A stretch of DNA of 57,654 nucleotides from an uncultured Rubrivirga sp. (lineage in GTDB: Bacteria; Actinomycetota; Actinomycetes; S36-B12). The notes beneath the pieces are model-generated. The model saw only the letters and a list, made by a program, of their open reading frames with translations, did no database searches and was not told where the DNA came from. How positions within the stretch are numbered: the first letter of the stretch is position 1; each line of letters starts with the position of its first letter. The stretch is taken from contig CAYPSE010000001.1 of assembly GCA_964413305.1 (NCBI GenBank), positions 1-57,654 of the forward strand, in the 5' to 3' direction. Of the stretch, positions 18,413-27,971 are shown piece after piece. Both the position numbers and the translations under genes were made by a program.

Positions 18413-19686
18413 GCCACTCCGAAGAATTCCTGCGCGGCGACGATACCCTCGATCGCCGCGTCGATGTCTGAATTGTCGTTGTAGATGTACGTGGACAACC
18501 GAGTTGTGGCCGGGACTGCGAACCGACGACATGTGGGCCAGGCGCAGTGATGTCCCACGCGCACTGCCACACCGCGGTCGTCGAGAATCTGCCCCACATC
18601 GTGCGGATGGATACCTTCGACCACGAAGGAAACGGCACTTCCGCGATGGACGTTCGCAGTCGGACCGATGATACGAACCCCCGGAAGTTCCTCGAGCCGC
18701 TTGAGGGCGTAGCCGGTGATCTCGTGCTCGTGCTGGGCGACCGATTCCATGCCCACGTCCTGGAGATATCGCACCGCCGCCCCCAAACCAACCGCTTGAG
18801 CGACCATCGGCACGCCTGCCTCGAAACGCTGCGGGGGCGGAGCGAACGTGCTCTCCTCCATGAAGACCGTCTCGATCATGGAGCCACCGGTCAGGAACGG
18901 CGGCATGGCTTCGAGCACCTCGCGCTGCCCCCACACCAATCCGATACCCGTCGGACCGAGCATCTTGTGACCACTCCACGCGACCAAATCCGCCCCAAGC
19001 GAGGGAACATCGACCGGCATGTGGGGAATCGACTGGCAGGCGTCCACCACGCCGATCGCACCTACCTCGTGTGCACGGGCCATCACCTGCTCGACCGGGT
19101 TGATTGTCCCCAGGATGTTCGACTGATGGACGACCGAGACCACCTTGGTCGAGTCATCGATCACACCGAGCTCGTCCAGGTTCAAATAGCCCTCGTCGGT
19201 GATCCCGATCCACCGGAGCTCAGCACCCGTCTTGGCACACAGTTCCTGCCACGGAACCAAATTGGCGTGGTGCTCCATCTCGGTCACCACGACTGAATCG
19301 TGTGGACCCAGCACGAAGCGCGGATCCATCGCTATGCCCTGCTGAGCCTTGGAGGTTGCGTTACTGAAGGCGTACGCAGCCAGGTTCAGACCCTCGGTTG
19401 CGTTCTTGGTGAAGATGATGTCGGGAGGCTGGGCACCGACGAAGCCAGCGATCGCAGCCCGCGCACCTTCGTAGGCGTCGGTGGCTTCCTCGGCAAGTTG
19501 ATGCGCACCTCGGTGAACCGCCGCGTTCGATGTCTCGTAATACGCCCGCTCGGCGTCGAGAACCGCAGTCGGCTTTTGACTCGTCGCAGCACTGTCGAGG
19601 TACACCAAGGGCCGCTCCCCGCGAACCGTGCGCGACAGGATCGGGAAGTCCTTGCGTATCCGCTGGACGTCGAGGGCGGAAGTCAC
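18409..19686 (-). CDS. sufS: cysteine desulfurase SufS
   Basis: 425 aa: VYLDSAATSQKP...TKNATEGLN...SGHKMLGPTGIGLVWG (PLP lysine)...RVGHHCAWP. Confidence 0.95.
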   Translation of the reverse strand: MTSALDVQRIRKDFPILSRTVRGERPLVYLDSAATSQKPTAVLDAERAYYETSNAAVHRGAHQLAEEATDAYEGARAAIAGFVGAQPPDIIFTKNATEGLNLAAYAFSNATSKAQQGIAMDPRFVLGPHDSVVVTEMEHHANLVPWQELCAKTGAELRWIGITDEGYLNLDELGVIDDSTKVVSVVHQSNILGTINPVEQVMARAHEVGAIGVVDACQSIPHMPVDVPSLGADLVAWSGHKMLGPTGIGLVWGQREVLEAMPPFLTGGSMIETVFMEESTFAPPPQRFEAGVPMVAQAVGLGAAVRYLQDVGMESVAQHEHEITGYALKRLEELPGVRIIGPTANVHRGSAVSFVVEGIHPHDVGQILDDRGVAVRVGHHCAWPTCRRFAVPATTRLSTYIYNDNSDIDAAIEGIVAAQEFFGVA

Positions 19687-19688
19687 GA

Positions 19689-20444
19689 TCAGACCTTGGC
19701 TGCGTAGCGCTCGTAACCTTCGGACTCGAGCGCCTCCGCCAACTCCGGTCCACCGGTCTCCACAATGCGACCACCGGCGAAGACGTTGACCACATCCGGC
19801 TTGATGTAGCGCAGGATCCGTGTGTAGTGGGTGATCAGCAAAATGCCGGCATCGGTGTCCTGCTTAACCTTGTTCACGCCCTCGGAAACGATGCGTAGCG
19901 CGTCGACGTCGAGACCGGAATCGGTCTCGTCCAGGATCGCGATCTTGGGCTTGAGTAGGGAAAGTTGCAAGATCTCGTGACGCTTCTTCTCCCCGCCGGA
20001 GAAGCCCTCGTTCACATTGCGCTCGGCGAAAGAGGAGTCCATCTGTAGTCCGGCCATGGCCTCCTTGACCTCTCCGATCCACGAACGAAGCTTCGGTGCC
20101 TCGCCGCGCACTGCCGTGGCAGATGTGCGCAGGAAGTTCGACACCGATACACCGGGGATCTCGACCGGGTACTGCATGGCCAAGAACAGCCCCGCGCGCG
20201 CCCGCTCATCGACACTCATGTCCAGCACATCCTGGCCGTCGAGAGTGATCGACCCGCTGGTCACTACGTACTTCGGGTGACCGGCGATCACGTACGCCAA
20301 GGTCGACTTGCCGCTGCCGTTGGGCCCCATGACCGCCTGGATTTTGCCCGACTCGACGGTTAAGTCGACACCCTTGAGAATAGGCGTCTGGCCAGCGTCG
20401 GTAACAACGCTCGCGTGCAGGTCCTTGATTTCCAGCGTGCTCAT
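19689..20444 (-). CDS. sufC: Fe-S cluster assembly ATPase SufC
   Basis: 251 aa: LEIKDLHASV...MGPNGSGKSTLAYVIAGHPKY...FSGGEKKRHEILQL...AILDETDSGLDVDAL. AAGGAAAAGGA lies ahead of the ATG. Confidence 0.95.
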   Translation of the reverse strand: MSTLEIKDLHASVVTDAGQTPILKGVDLTVESGKIQAVMGPNGSGKSTLAYVIAGHPKYVVTSGSITLDGQDVLDMSVDERARAGLFLAMQYPVEIPGVSVSNFLRTSATAVRGEAPKLRSWIGEVKEAMAGLQMDSSFAERNVNEGFSGGEKKRHEILQLSLLKPKIAILDETDSGLDVDALRIVSEGVNKVKQDTDAGILLITHYTRILRYIKPDVVNVFAGGRIVETGGPELAEALESEGYERYAAKV

Positions 20445-20488
20445 TCCTTTTCCTTACGTCGATGGGTGGAAGCTATTGAGTTGACCGG

Positions 20489-20836
20489 TCATGCGTCTGA
20501 GAGTTGGGGACGAGGGTCGATGAGGACCCGCGCACCCTCCCCGTCGCCGTCGATGACGACCGTGTACGTGGGCACCGGCTGAACCGCTGGCGGGGATAGT
20601 GGTTGGCCAGTCTTGAGATCGAATTGCGACCCGTGCAGCCAGCATTCGAGTGTGCAGCCCTCGACCTCACCCTCGGAGAGGTCGACGTCGGCGTGGGAGC
20701 ACTTGTTGCCGATGGCGAAGACACCTTCATCGCAACGCACGAGTGCGATGTCCTGACCATCGGCCTCCACCTTGCGCACACTGTCCGCGGAGAGTTCACC
20801 CAATGCACAGACGTCTACGAGTGTTGTATCGCTCAC
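20489..20836 (-). CDS. Rieske [2Fe-2S] ferredoxin embedded in the suf operon
   Basis: CSHADVDLSEG...C.LECWLHGSQFD gives the C-x-H ... C-x2-H Rieske ligands. GTG at 20836 makes a GTGA overlap with the sufD stop. Confidence 0.8.
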   Translation of the reverse strand: MSDTTLVDVCALGELSADSVRKVEADGQDIALVRCDEGVFAIGNKCSHADVDLSEGEVEGCTLECWLHGSQFDLKTGQPLSPPAVQPVPTYTVVIDGDGEGARVLIDPRPQLSDA

Positions 20837-21981
20837 GCGCTCACCTCGTCGAGTTCCCAACTCTCCATGCCGATGCGCTCTTCGATGCGACGCAGCACGT
20901 CCGCCCGCAATGACTCATCCGCAACCTTGTCCAGCACGTCCACGAAGAAGCCGCGGACTACGAGTTGCCGAGCCAAGGCCTCCGGGATGCCCCGCGATTG
21001 CAGGTAGAACAACTGCTCGTCGTCGAATCGGCCAGTAGCACTGGCATGCCCGGCGCCGACGACATCGCCGGTCTCCAGTTCCAGATTGGGGACCGAGTCG
21101 GCGCGCGGCCCATCGTTCAACAGCAGGTTGCGGTTCATCTCGTAGGTCTCGATACCGACCGCTTCCCTGCGGACCAGAACGTCGCCGATCCACACCGTGT
21201 GCGTGTTGCGCCCCGACAGGGCCCCCTTGAACACCACGTTGCTGGTGCAGTGGGGTTCGTTGTGATCCACGAAGAGGCGGAACTCCTGGAACTGGTCGTC
21301 CGTCGCCAGGAAGGCCCCCAACATCTGCGCCGTGCCTCCGGGCCCGGCGTATCGGACCGACGGTGACAGACGGATGAACGCTCCACCCAGGGTGATCGTC
21401 AATCCCAGGAACTGTGCATCGCGTCCCACGGTAGTGGCCCATTGCCACAGGTGGCGGCTGGTTTGCGGACCGTCGAACATGGCGAGCACCGTGAGATCAG
21501 CCTGGTCCCCGACATTGGTGATGATCACGCCATTGGCATCGACGGTGAGGTCATGCCGCAGCACCACGGTGGCCTTCGAGAAGGCACCGGCATTGATCTC
21601 GACCCGACCGTAGTTGCCACCTTGAGATCCGTGCAGATCGACCACGATCACCTCCGAGGCGACGTGCTCGGCAGGTATGGCGATTTCGACGACCTTGTCG
21701 GCCCGAGACCTCGCGAGGGCCGATGGCCGGTCCATCGCCTGCCATTGGGCAGCCTTCTCGACCGAACTCGTCTCACCTTCGGATGCAGCACGGACCGTGA
21801 CGAAACCGCCCTCGACTGCTCCGATGCTCGGCCAGGTTTGCTCCTGGAAGAAGTCAGCGATCTTCGCGATCGGAGTGAACCTCCACTCCTCTTCGCGGCC
21901 GTTCGGAACCTCGTGCTCACCGGGATCGTTCGAGATGACCCGGGGGGCCAAGTCGGACGGGGGCGCAGTGGTGTTGCTCAA
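20833..21981 (-). CDS. sufD: Fe-S cluster assembly protein SufD
   Basis: 382 aa; the C-terminal part [35 protein letters not shown] is typical SufD. It overlaps the sufB stop by 4 nt. Confidence 0.9.
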   Translation of the reverse strand: MSNTTAPPSDLAPRVISNDPGEHEVPNGREEEWRFTPIAKIADFFQEQTWPSIGAVEGGFVTVRAASEGETSSVEKAAQWQAMDRPSALARSRADKVVEIAIPAEHVASEVIVVDLHGSQGGNYGRVEINAGAFSKATVVLRHDLTVDANGVIITNVGDQADLTVLAMFDGPQTSRHLWQWATTVGRDAQFLGLTITLGGAFIRLSPSVRYAGPGGTAQMLGAFLATDDQFQEFRLFVDHNEPHCTSNVVFKGALSGRNTHTVWIGDVLVRREAVGIETYEMNRNLLLNDGPRADSVPNLELETGDVVGAGHASATGRFDDEQLFYLQSRGIPEALARQLVVRGFFVDVLDKVADESLRADVLRRIEERIGMESWELDEVSA

Positions 21982-23399
21982 CCGACTGCCCCTTCCATCT
22001 GCAATTCGATGAGGCGGTTCAATTCCAGCGCATACTCCATGGGGAGTTCACGAGCAATGGGCTCCACGAAACCGCGAACGATCATGGCCATAGCCTCGTC
22101 CTCATCGAGCCCGCGCGACATCAGGTAGAAGAGCTGGTCTTCGCTGACCTTCGAGACGGTGGCCTCGTGACCCATCGCGACGTCGTCTTCACGGACATCC
22201 ACGTAGGGATAGGTGTCCGAGCGCGAGATGTCGTCCACCAGGAGCGCATCGCACTTGACGGTGCTCTTCGAATGGTGGGCACCTTCTTGGACCTGAACCA
22301 GTCCGCGATAGGACGTCCGGCCACCTCCACGTGCTACCGACTTCGAAATGATGGTCGACGACGTATAGGGCGCAGCGTGAACCATCTTCGCACCGGCATC
22401 CTGATGCTGCTTCTCACCAGCGAACGCAACCGACAAGGTTTCACCCTTGGCGTGCGGACCTGTCATCCACACGGCCGGGTATTTCATCGTCACCTTCGAA
22501 CCGAGGTTGCCATCGATCCACTCCATCGTGGCGCCCTCGTGCGCGACCGCGCGCTTGGTCACGAGGTTGTACACGTTCGTGGACCAGTTCTGGATCGTGG
22601 TATAGCGGCAGCGCGCGCCCTTCTTGACGATGATCTCCACGACCGCAGAGTGCAAGGAATCGGATGAGTAAATGGGGGCGGTGCAACCTTCCACGTAGTG
22701 AACGTAGGCATCCTCGTCGACGATTATCAGCGTGCGCTCGAACTGACCCATGTTCTCGGTGTTGATACGGAAGTACGCCTGCAACGGAATTTCTACGTGC
22801 ACACCCTTGGGGACATAGATGAAGGACCCACCCGACCACACTGCGGTGTTCAGCGCCGCGAACTTGTTATCGCCCACCGGGATGACAGAGCCGAAGTACT
22901 CGCGGAAAACGTCCTCATGTTCCTTCAGGCCAGTGTCCGTGTCGAGGAACAGCACACCTTGCTCTTCGAGGTCTTCACGAATCGCGTGGTAGACCACCTC
23001 GGACTCGTACTGGGCGGCAACACCAGCGATCAATCGCTGCTTCTCGGCCTCGGGGATACCGAGTTTGTCGTAGGTGTTCTTGATGTCGTCCGGAAGTTCA
23101 TCCCAGCTCGTGGCCTGCTTCTCGGTGGATCGGACGAAGTACTTGATGTTGTCGAAATCGATGCCCGACAGATCCGAGCCCCAACCAGGCATCGGCTTCT
23201 TCTCGAACAGGCGAAGACCCTTCAGTCGGAGGTCGAGCATCCACTCCGGTTCGTTCTTCAAGGCCGAAATGTTGCGCACCACTTCCTCATTGAGGCCGCG
23301 CCGAGCGGTAGCGCCGGCGTCGTTGGCGTCGTGCCATCCGTACTCGTAGTTTCCGAGCTCAGCAATGGTTGCTGCCTGCTCGTCGGCTGCGGTGCTCAT
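21978..23399 (-). CDS. sufB: Fe-S cluster assembly protein SufB (no intein)
   Basis: 473 aa from the ATG of MSTAADEQ: YEYGWHD...[20 protein letters not shown]...[34 protein letters not shown]. The track ORF (to 23486) adds an implausible His/Arg-rich leader. Confidence 0.9.
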   Translation of the reverse strand: MSTAADEQAATIAELGNYEYGWHDANDAGATARRGLNEEVVRNISALKNEPEWMLDLRLKGLRLFEKKPMPGWGSDLSGIDFDNIKYFVRSTEKQATSWDELPDDIKNTYDKLGIPEAEKQRLIAGVAAQYESEVVYHAIREDLEEQGVLFLDTDTGLKEHEDVFREYFGSVIPVGDNKFAALNTAVWSGGSFIYVPKGVHVEIPLQAYFRINTENMGQFERTLIIVDEDAYVHYVEGCTAPIYSSDSLHSAVVEIIVKKGARCRYTTIQNWSTNVYNLVTKRAVAHEGATMEWIDGNLGSKVTMKYPAVWMTGPHAKGETLSVAFAGEKQHQDAGAKMVHAAPYTSSTIISKSVARGGGRTSYRGLVQVQEGAHHSKSTVKCDALLVDDISRSDTYPYVDVREDDVAMGHEATVSKVSEDQLFYLMSRGLDEDEAMAMIVRGFVEPIARELPMEYALELNRLIELQMEGAVG

Positions 23400-24097
23400 C
23401 AGCTCACCTTCTCTTCCATGTTGATATCGACGCTGGTGCTTGCGGTGATTCGTTCTTCCATTCCGTTCGGGATGACCGTCGTGCAAATCCCGTCCCCATG
23501 GGCCAACGTTGCCAACCGGGTCACATGACGTCCGAGAACCGCGCTCAGCGCCGCCGTCTCAGCCTCGCACAACTCGGGGAACTCCCCGGCCGCGTCCACT
23601 ACGGGGCAGTGATGCATGCACAGTTGTGCACCTTCGTGGGCTAAAGGCTCCACGGTTGCGGCGAACCCCTGTTCACTCAGATGCTCGGCGATGTCATGCA
23701 CATTCACGGCAGTCCCACCGGCCCGCTCAAAGGCACCCGCAACGATGCGCTCGGCCCGGTCGGCGGCGAAGGCCGCGACCGCCTCGCGTCCATCGCGGTT
23801 GGCCAGGAAGCGCAACGCTTCGAGCGCCAAGGCGTCGTAGGCCTGATCGCATGCTGCTCGACCGGCGTCGGTGAGGCTGAAAACCTGGCTCGGACGACCA
23901 CGCCGCGGATCCGGATCGGGGCCGAAAGGGGCACGATCGAGCCCCTGCACGAGCCCTGCGTCCTGCAATGCCCGCATCGGACGACGCACCGCGGCCGCCG
24001 AGATTCCCAATGCTTGCGCGATGGCCGACGCGGTGGACGGCCCACGTTCGGCCAGGCAGCGGGCAACCCGCTCGGCGGCCTCTGTTGGGAATTTCAC
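23399..24097 (-). CDS. sufR: SufR-type winged-helix transcriptional regulator with C-terminal Cys ligands
   Basis: w[35 protein letters not shown], then a C-terminal [21 protein letters not shown]...GDGIC. First gene of the suf operon. The start is uncertain: GTG at 24097 or GTG at 24121. The track start at 24169 is a TTG. Confidence 0.75.
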   Translation of the reverse strand: MKFPTEAAERVARCLAERGPSTASAIAQALGISAAAVRRPMRALQDAGLVQGLDRAPFGPDPDPRRGRPSQVFSLTDAGRAACDQAYDALALEALRFLANRDGREAVAAFAADRAERIVAGAFERAGGTAVNVHDIAEHLSEQGFAATVEPLAHEGAQLCMHHCPVVDAAGEFPELCEAETAALSAVLGRHVTRLATLAHGDGICTTVIPNGMEERITASTSVDINMEEKVS

Positions 24098-24152
24098 AAC
24101 ACCATTGTGACGTAAATGCACCGGGGTGCAACCGCAGGGTCTGGATCTAGAC
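24094..24152. promoter_or_regulatory. cluster of three inverted repeats upstream of / overlapping the sufR start; candidate SufR operator and promoter region
   Basis: Read directly: TCACAA-caccA-TTGTGA (24094-24110, perfect 6-5-6), TGCACC-GG-GGTGCA (24117-24130, perfect) and GTCTgGATCtAGAC (24139-24152, one mismatched pair). Confidence 0.35.
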
Positions 24153-24170
24153 TCGCGCGGTGCCGGCAAT

Positions 24171-24238
24171 GAGTGCTCGATGAACGCGAGTGCTCGATGA
24201 ACGCGAGTGCTCGATGAACGCGAGTGCTCGATGAGCCC
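24171..24238. repeat. 17-bp direct tandem repeat, 3 perfect copies plus 1 degenerate copy (unit GAGTGCTCGATGAACGC)
   Basis: Perfect copies start at 24171, 24188 and 24205. The fourth (24222-24238) reads GAGTGCTCGATGAGCCC. Each copy contains an ATG. Confidence 0.95.
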
Positions 24239-25145
24239 GGCAGGTGCCCTTCTCCAGGCTCAGCAGCTGACCGTGCGCTTCGCCGGTGGCGTCACGGCCC
24301 TCGACGGCGTGGACTTGGAGATCCCGGATTCGGGCATCACCTACCTGCTGGGCGCGAATGGTGCCGGGAAGACCACGTTGCTGGAGAGCGCCGCCGGCTT
24401 GACCTCCCCCACGAACGGTGGGTTGACCGTCCGAGGACGCGCACCCGGCTCCCCTGCCAACCGACTTTCCATCGGGGTCATGCTGCAAGACGGCGGCCTC
24501 CCCGGTAGCGCTCGGCCGCGCGACTTCCTGAGATATGTAGCGCGCCTCTACCCCCACCCCCGCGATGTCGACTCCCTAATGGAGATGGTCGACATCGACC
24601 CAGCCGCGCGCACCCCCATCCGCCGACTTTCAGGCGGTCAGGCGCGTCGGGTCGCCTGGGCCGCGGCCATGGTGGGTGACCCCGAGGCCCTGCTCCTCGA
24701 CGAGCCAACGGCCGGGGTTGATCCGATTGCTCGCGAGAGATTGAACGACGTGCTCCGGGGCGAGCGCCATCGGGGTGTGTCGATGATCATCGCGACGCAT
24801 CTGCTGGAGGATGTGGACCAGTTGGCAGATCGGGTAGTTGTCCTACGCCGCGGCCGGGTCGTGCTATCCGGAACACCTCATGAGTTGCGGCCACGCAACA
24901 CACTTCTGGCCCGCAGCGCCCGTGAACTCGACAGCGCGTCCCTTCTGGAAGCTCTACCCGTCGGTTCGTCGTGTCTTCGCGAGGTTGCCGGCACCTATCG
25001 AATCGACGTTCCGACCGGCATCGATCCGGCAGTCATGACCACCGTCGCATCCTGGTGTTCCCAGCACTCGGTCATGCCGGATCTCGCCATCGCCGATCTG
25101 ACGTGGGCGCTACGGACAGCACTCCGTGATGGTGATGGCACATGA
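24231..25145 (+). CDS. ABC transporter ATP-binding protein (ABC-2/DrrA type)
   Basis: LLQAQQLTVRFAGGVTALDGVDL...GANGAGKTTLL...LSGGQARRVAWAAAM...LLLDEPTAGVDP. The ATG at 24231 is the last repeat copy. The track uses an in-frame GTG at 24207, inside the repeat. Confidence 0.85.
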   Translation: MSPAGALLQAQQLTVRFAGGVTALDGVDLEIPDSGITYLLGANGAGKTTLLESAAGLTSPTNGGLTVRGRAPGSPANRLSIGVMLQDGGLPGSARPRDFLRYVARLYPHPRDVDSLMEMVDIDPAARTPIRRLSGGQARRVAWAAAMVGDPEALLLDEPTAGVDPIARERLNDVLRGERHRGVSMIIATHLLEDVDQLADRVVVLRRGRVVLSGTPHELRPRNTLLARSARELDSASLLEALPVGSSCLREVAGTYRIDVPTGIDPAVMTTVASWCSQHSVMPDLAIADLTWALRTALRDGDGT

Positions 25146-25864
25146 GCCGGGCGGGATTCGCACCACCCGATAGGCGGTCGTGGGGCGCGCTGACGCTGGT
25201 GCAGGCCCGGTGGGCATTCGCCAACACGTGGCGCAACGGCGAGCAGTTGCTTCTTCTCATCGGTCTACCGCTCGCGGTCCTGCTCGCGCTCACCCGCACC
25301 GATCTCATTTCCAGTTCCACCTCCCCGCTCCTGATCACCTCCGCCATGGTGGTGCTCGGCGCCGGCTTCACATCTCCGGCGATCTCGATCGCATTCGAAC
25401 GCCGCTATGGATCTTTCGCCTTCCTGGGCACTACTCCCCTGCCCCGTACCGCGCTCATCTCCGGCACCTTGTTCGCCACCGCACTGACCACCCTCGCCGC
25501 CTTGGTGATCGTGGCGGTTCTGGCGAGTGCGCTCGGCGGACTCGATGCGGCGAACCTGGGGAACGTTGCGATCGCGGTGATACTCGGCTTGATCGCCTTC
25601 ATCCCCTGGGCCTTCGTGGTGGGTGGCACCGTGCGATCGGAGACGGTGCTGGTTCTGGCGAACGGGATCTTCGTGGTGTCTGTCTTGTTCGGCGGAGTTC
25701 TGATCCCGGCCTCATCGTTGCCATACGGATCACTGCTGGCCTGGTTGCCTACCGGGGCACTCATGAATACGGCGGCGGCACCATCACCGCTGAGTTCAGG
25801 AGTCCTGCTCATCTGGGGGGCTCTCGGCACCGCGCTGACTGTCCGATTGTTCCGTTGGCGGTAG
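25142..25864 (+). CDS. ABC-2 type transporter permease
   Basis: 240 aa, about 6 TM helices. ATGA overlap with the ATPase stop. Its position between the ATPase and ctaA matches the conserved actinobacterial arrangement. Confidence 0.8.
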   Translation: MSRAGFAPPDRRSWGALTLVQARWAFANTWRNGEQLLLLIGLPLAVLLALTRTDLISSSTSPLLITSAMVVLGAGFTSPAISIAFERRYGSFAFLGTTPLPRTALISGTLFATALTTLAALVIVAVLASALGGLDAANLGNVAIAVILGLIAFIPWAFVVGGTVRSETVLVLANGIFVVSVLFGGVLIPASSLPYGSLLAWLPTGALMNTAAAPSPLSSGVLLIWGALGTALTVRLFRWR

Positions 25865-25881
25865 CGGTTAGTCTGAATGAT

Positions 25882-26892
25882 GTGACAGCCACCACCCGGA
25901 CGTTCAGCACTCCGACGTCGCCGGCGCCTGGACGTGATCCAGGTAGGTCGCCCCGGTGGATCCGTGGGATCTACATCGCCAATCTCGTCGTCCAGTCGGG
26001 CATCATCGTGACCGGCGCGATAGTTCGCATCACCGGAAGCGGCTTGGGCTGTCCCACCTGGCCGGAATGCGTCGAAGGTTCTCTCGCTCCCACGTCCACT
26101 CAACTGGAGTCGTGGAACAAGTACGTGGAATTCGGCAACCGGCTCTTGACTTTCGTGCTGGCCATCGCCGCGATCGCCGCGGTCGTGTCCGCGTTAGTGG
26201 ACCGCCGACGCCGACGCCGACTGAACTTGCCGGGACGTCGGATCCTCACGATCCTGGCCGTCGTGCCGCTCATCGGCACTGCAGTACAGGCCGTGCTCGG
26301 TGGCATCACAGTGCTCACGGGCTTGAACCCCTACACGGTATCGGCCCACTTCCTCGTGTCCGTGGCTCTCGTTGCCGCCTGCGTAGTTCTCGTCGTACGT
26401 TCCGGAGAAAGCGGAGACCGTCCGATCACCTGGCTCGTTCCCTCCGCGCTGCGATATCTGACGTGGGCTCTGGTGGCGGCGACGCTGGCCGTGGTGGTGC
26501 TGGGTGTGATCACGACCGGGAGCGGTCCCCACTCCGGCGATATCGACGTCATCGTCCGATTCGACCTGGATCTGCGCACGATCGCCTGGTTGCACGCCGA
26601 CAGCGTCTTGCTCTTCATGGGCTTGACCGTTGGCCTGCTGGTAGCGGCACGTGTTGCCCATGCCCCAGCAGCGCTCACGCGCCGCACCCTGATCTTGTTG
26701 GGGATCGCACTCGTTCAGGGCGTGATCGGCTACACCCAATACTTCACCGGGCTGCCCGAACTACTCGTGGCATTTCACGTGATCGGAGCGGTACTGGTGT
26801 GGGTCGCGGTCCTATTCCTGCCTCCCACCTTGCGCACTCGAGGTGCTCTGCACTTCACGCGGAGCAGCGCGCTTGCAGATGACGCGCGCTAG
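25882..26892 (+). CDS. ctaA: heme A synthase (COX15/CtaA)
   Basis: ANLVVQSGIIVTGAIVRITGSGLGCPTWPEC...FGNRLLTFVL...YTVSAHFLVS...GSGPHSGD...LHADSVLLF...FHVIGAVLVWV. GTG at 25882 is the first in-frame start after the permease stop. The track ORF (from 25180) overlaps the permease in another frame. Confidence 0.85.
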   Translation: MTATTRTFSTPTSPAPGRDPGRSPRWIRGIYIANLVVQSGIIVTGAIVRITGSGLGCPTWPECVEGSLAPTSTQLESWNKYVEFGNRLLTFVLAIAAIAAVVSALVDRRRRRRLNLPGRRILTILAVVPLIGTAVQAVLGGITVLTGLNPYTVSAHFLVSVALVAACVVLVVRSGESGDRPITWLVPSALRYLTWALVAATLAVVVLGVITTGSGPHSGDIDVIVRFDLDLRTIAWLHADSVLLFMGLTVGLLVAARVAHAPAALTRRTLILLGIALVQGVIGYTQYFTGLPELLVAFHVIGAVLVWVAVLFLPPTLRTRGALHFTRSSALADDAR

Positions 26893-27848
26893 TAGACAAA
26901 CGGGCTGAGCCCCACCAGCAGGAAGATGATCGCCAAGTACGTGATCGAACCGTGGAACAACTGCATGGACACTCGAAGCGTTCCGGCTGAGTAGAAGTCC
27001 TCCGCTGCGTCAGCGTCCTTGCTGTCACGACGGATACTCGCCCACAAGCGATAGGACTGGACGAGGAACGCGCCCCCAACCACACCGGCTCCGACGCCGT
27101 ACACCCAACCCACGGGCGCCACAAGGAGCAAAGCCATCGAGGTCACGACCATCAACCACGAGTAAGCAACGATGTGCCGGGCGACGCTGCGCGGTGGCTT
27201 CACCACCGGGAGCATCGGCACTCCGGCGGCTCGATAGTCCTCGCGGTACTTGATGGCCAGCGGCCAATAGTGCGGGGGTGTCCACCAGAAGACGATCATG
27301 AACAAGACCACCGGCGCCAGGCTCAGCGTTCCGGTAACCGCTGCCCAGGCGATGAGAACGGGCATGCAGCCAGCAGCGCCACCCCACACGATGTTCTGAT
27401 CCGTACGCCGCTTCAACAGCATGGTGTAGCCGATGGCGTAACCGACAATGGCGATCAATGCAAGGGCGGCCGACAAGGGATTGGCCAGCACGGTCAGGAC
27501 AGTGATGCTCAAGGCACTCAGCACGAGGCCTTGGATGAATCCGGCCCTGATCGAAACATCCCCCACGACGGCTGGCCGATGGGTGGTCCGCTGCATGACG
27601 GCGTCGATGTCCCGGTCGTACAGGCTGTTGAATGTGTTTGCCGCTCCCGCGGCGAACGCACCGCCGACCAGTACCGCGATCGTCACCTGCCACGTCGGTA
27701 GACCCTCCGCGGCCAGGAACATGGTCGGGACCGCAGTGACCAAGAGCAGTTCGATGATCCGTGGCTTCGTGAGTGACACGTGCGCGCGCACCCGAGGGCC
27801 TATCCCTGGGTTGATACGCGTGGAGTCCGCGGTGCTGGCGTGGACCAC
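26889..27848 (-). CDS. ctaB: protoheme IX farnesyltransferase (heme O synthase)
   Basis: VSLTKPRIIELLLVTAVPTMFLA...NSLYDRDIDAVMQRTTHRP...WTPPHYWPLA. I chose the GTG at 27848 because AAGGAG lies 6 nt upstream. The track start at 27923 is a TTG. Confidence 0.85.
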   Translation of the reverse strand: MVHASTADSTRINPGIGPRVRAHVSLTKPRIIELLLVTAVPTMFLAAEGLPTWQVTIAVLVGGAFAAGAANTFNSLYDRDIDAVMQRTTHRPAVVGDVSIRAGFIQGLVLSALSITVLTVLANPLSAALALIAIVGYAIGYTMLLKRRTDQNIVWGGAAGCMPVLIAWAAVTGTLSLAPVVLFMIVFWWTPPHYWPLAIKYREDYRAAGVPMLPVVKPPRSVARHIVAYSWLMVVTSMALLLVAPVGWVYGVGAGVVGGAFLVQSYRLWASIRRDSKDADAAEDFYSAGTLRVSMQLFHGSITYLAIIFLLVGLSPFVY

Positions 27849-27971
27849 CCGTGTCTCCTTGCGCTCGAGGTTCATGTTCCGGAGGATCGTCGTGCGGAAT
27901 GGTGTTGTACGGGCAGCGTACAAGGCGTTGCTGGGTTCTTTCCCCTACGTTCGGCCAATAGGCTGCAGGGC

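Noticed and set aside
21978-23399. Checked SufB for an intein, as present in M. tuberculosis SufB
   Set aside because: The protein is 473 aa and colinear with intein-free SufB, with no Cys/Ser...HN splice-junction insert.
25180-25881. N-terminal 234 codons of the 570-aa track ORF that ends as ctaA
   Set aside because: This part overlaps the ABC-2 permease gene in another frame and is Arg/Gly/His-rich. The CtaA homology only begins after the permease stop, so the start was moved to GTG 25882. The same logic applies to 43486-44076 (ahead of the K+ channel), 18413-18979 (ahead of sufU), 17914-18093 (sufT), 27780-27971 (tkt), 4802-5077 (pgsA) and 23400-23486 (sufB).
26889-26892. ctaA and ctaB stop codons overlap on opposite strands (CTAG)
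   Set aside because: This is a real 4-nt convergent overlap, but such tail-to-tail overlaps are common in compact high-GC genomes, and there is no further structure to interpret.
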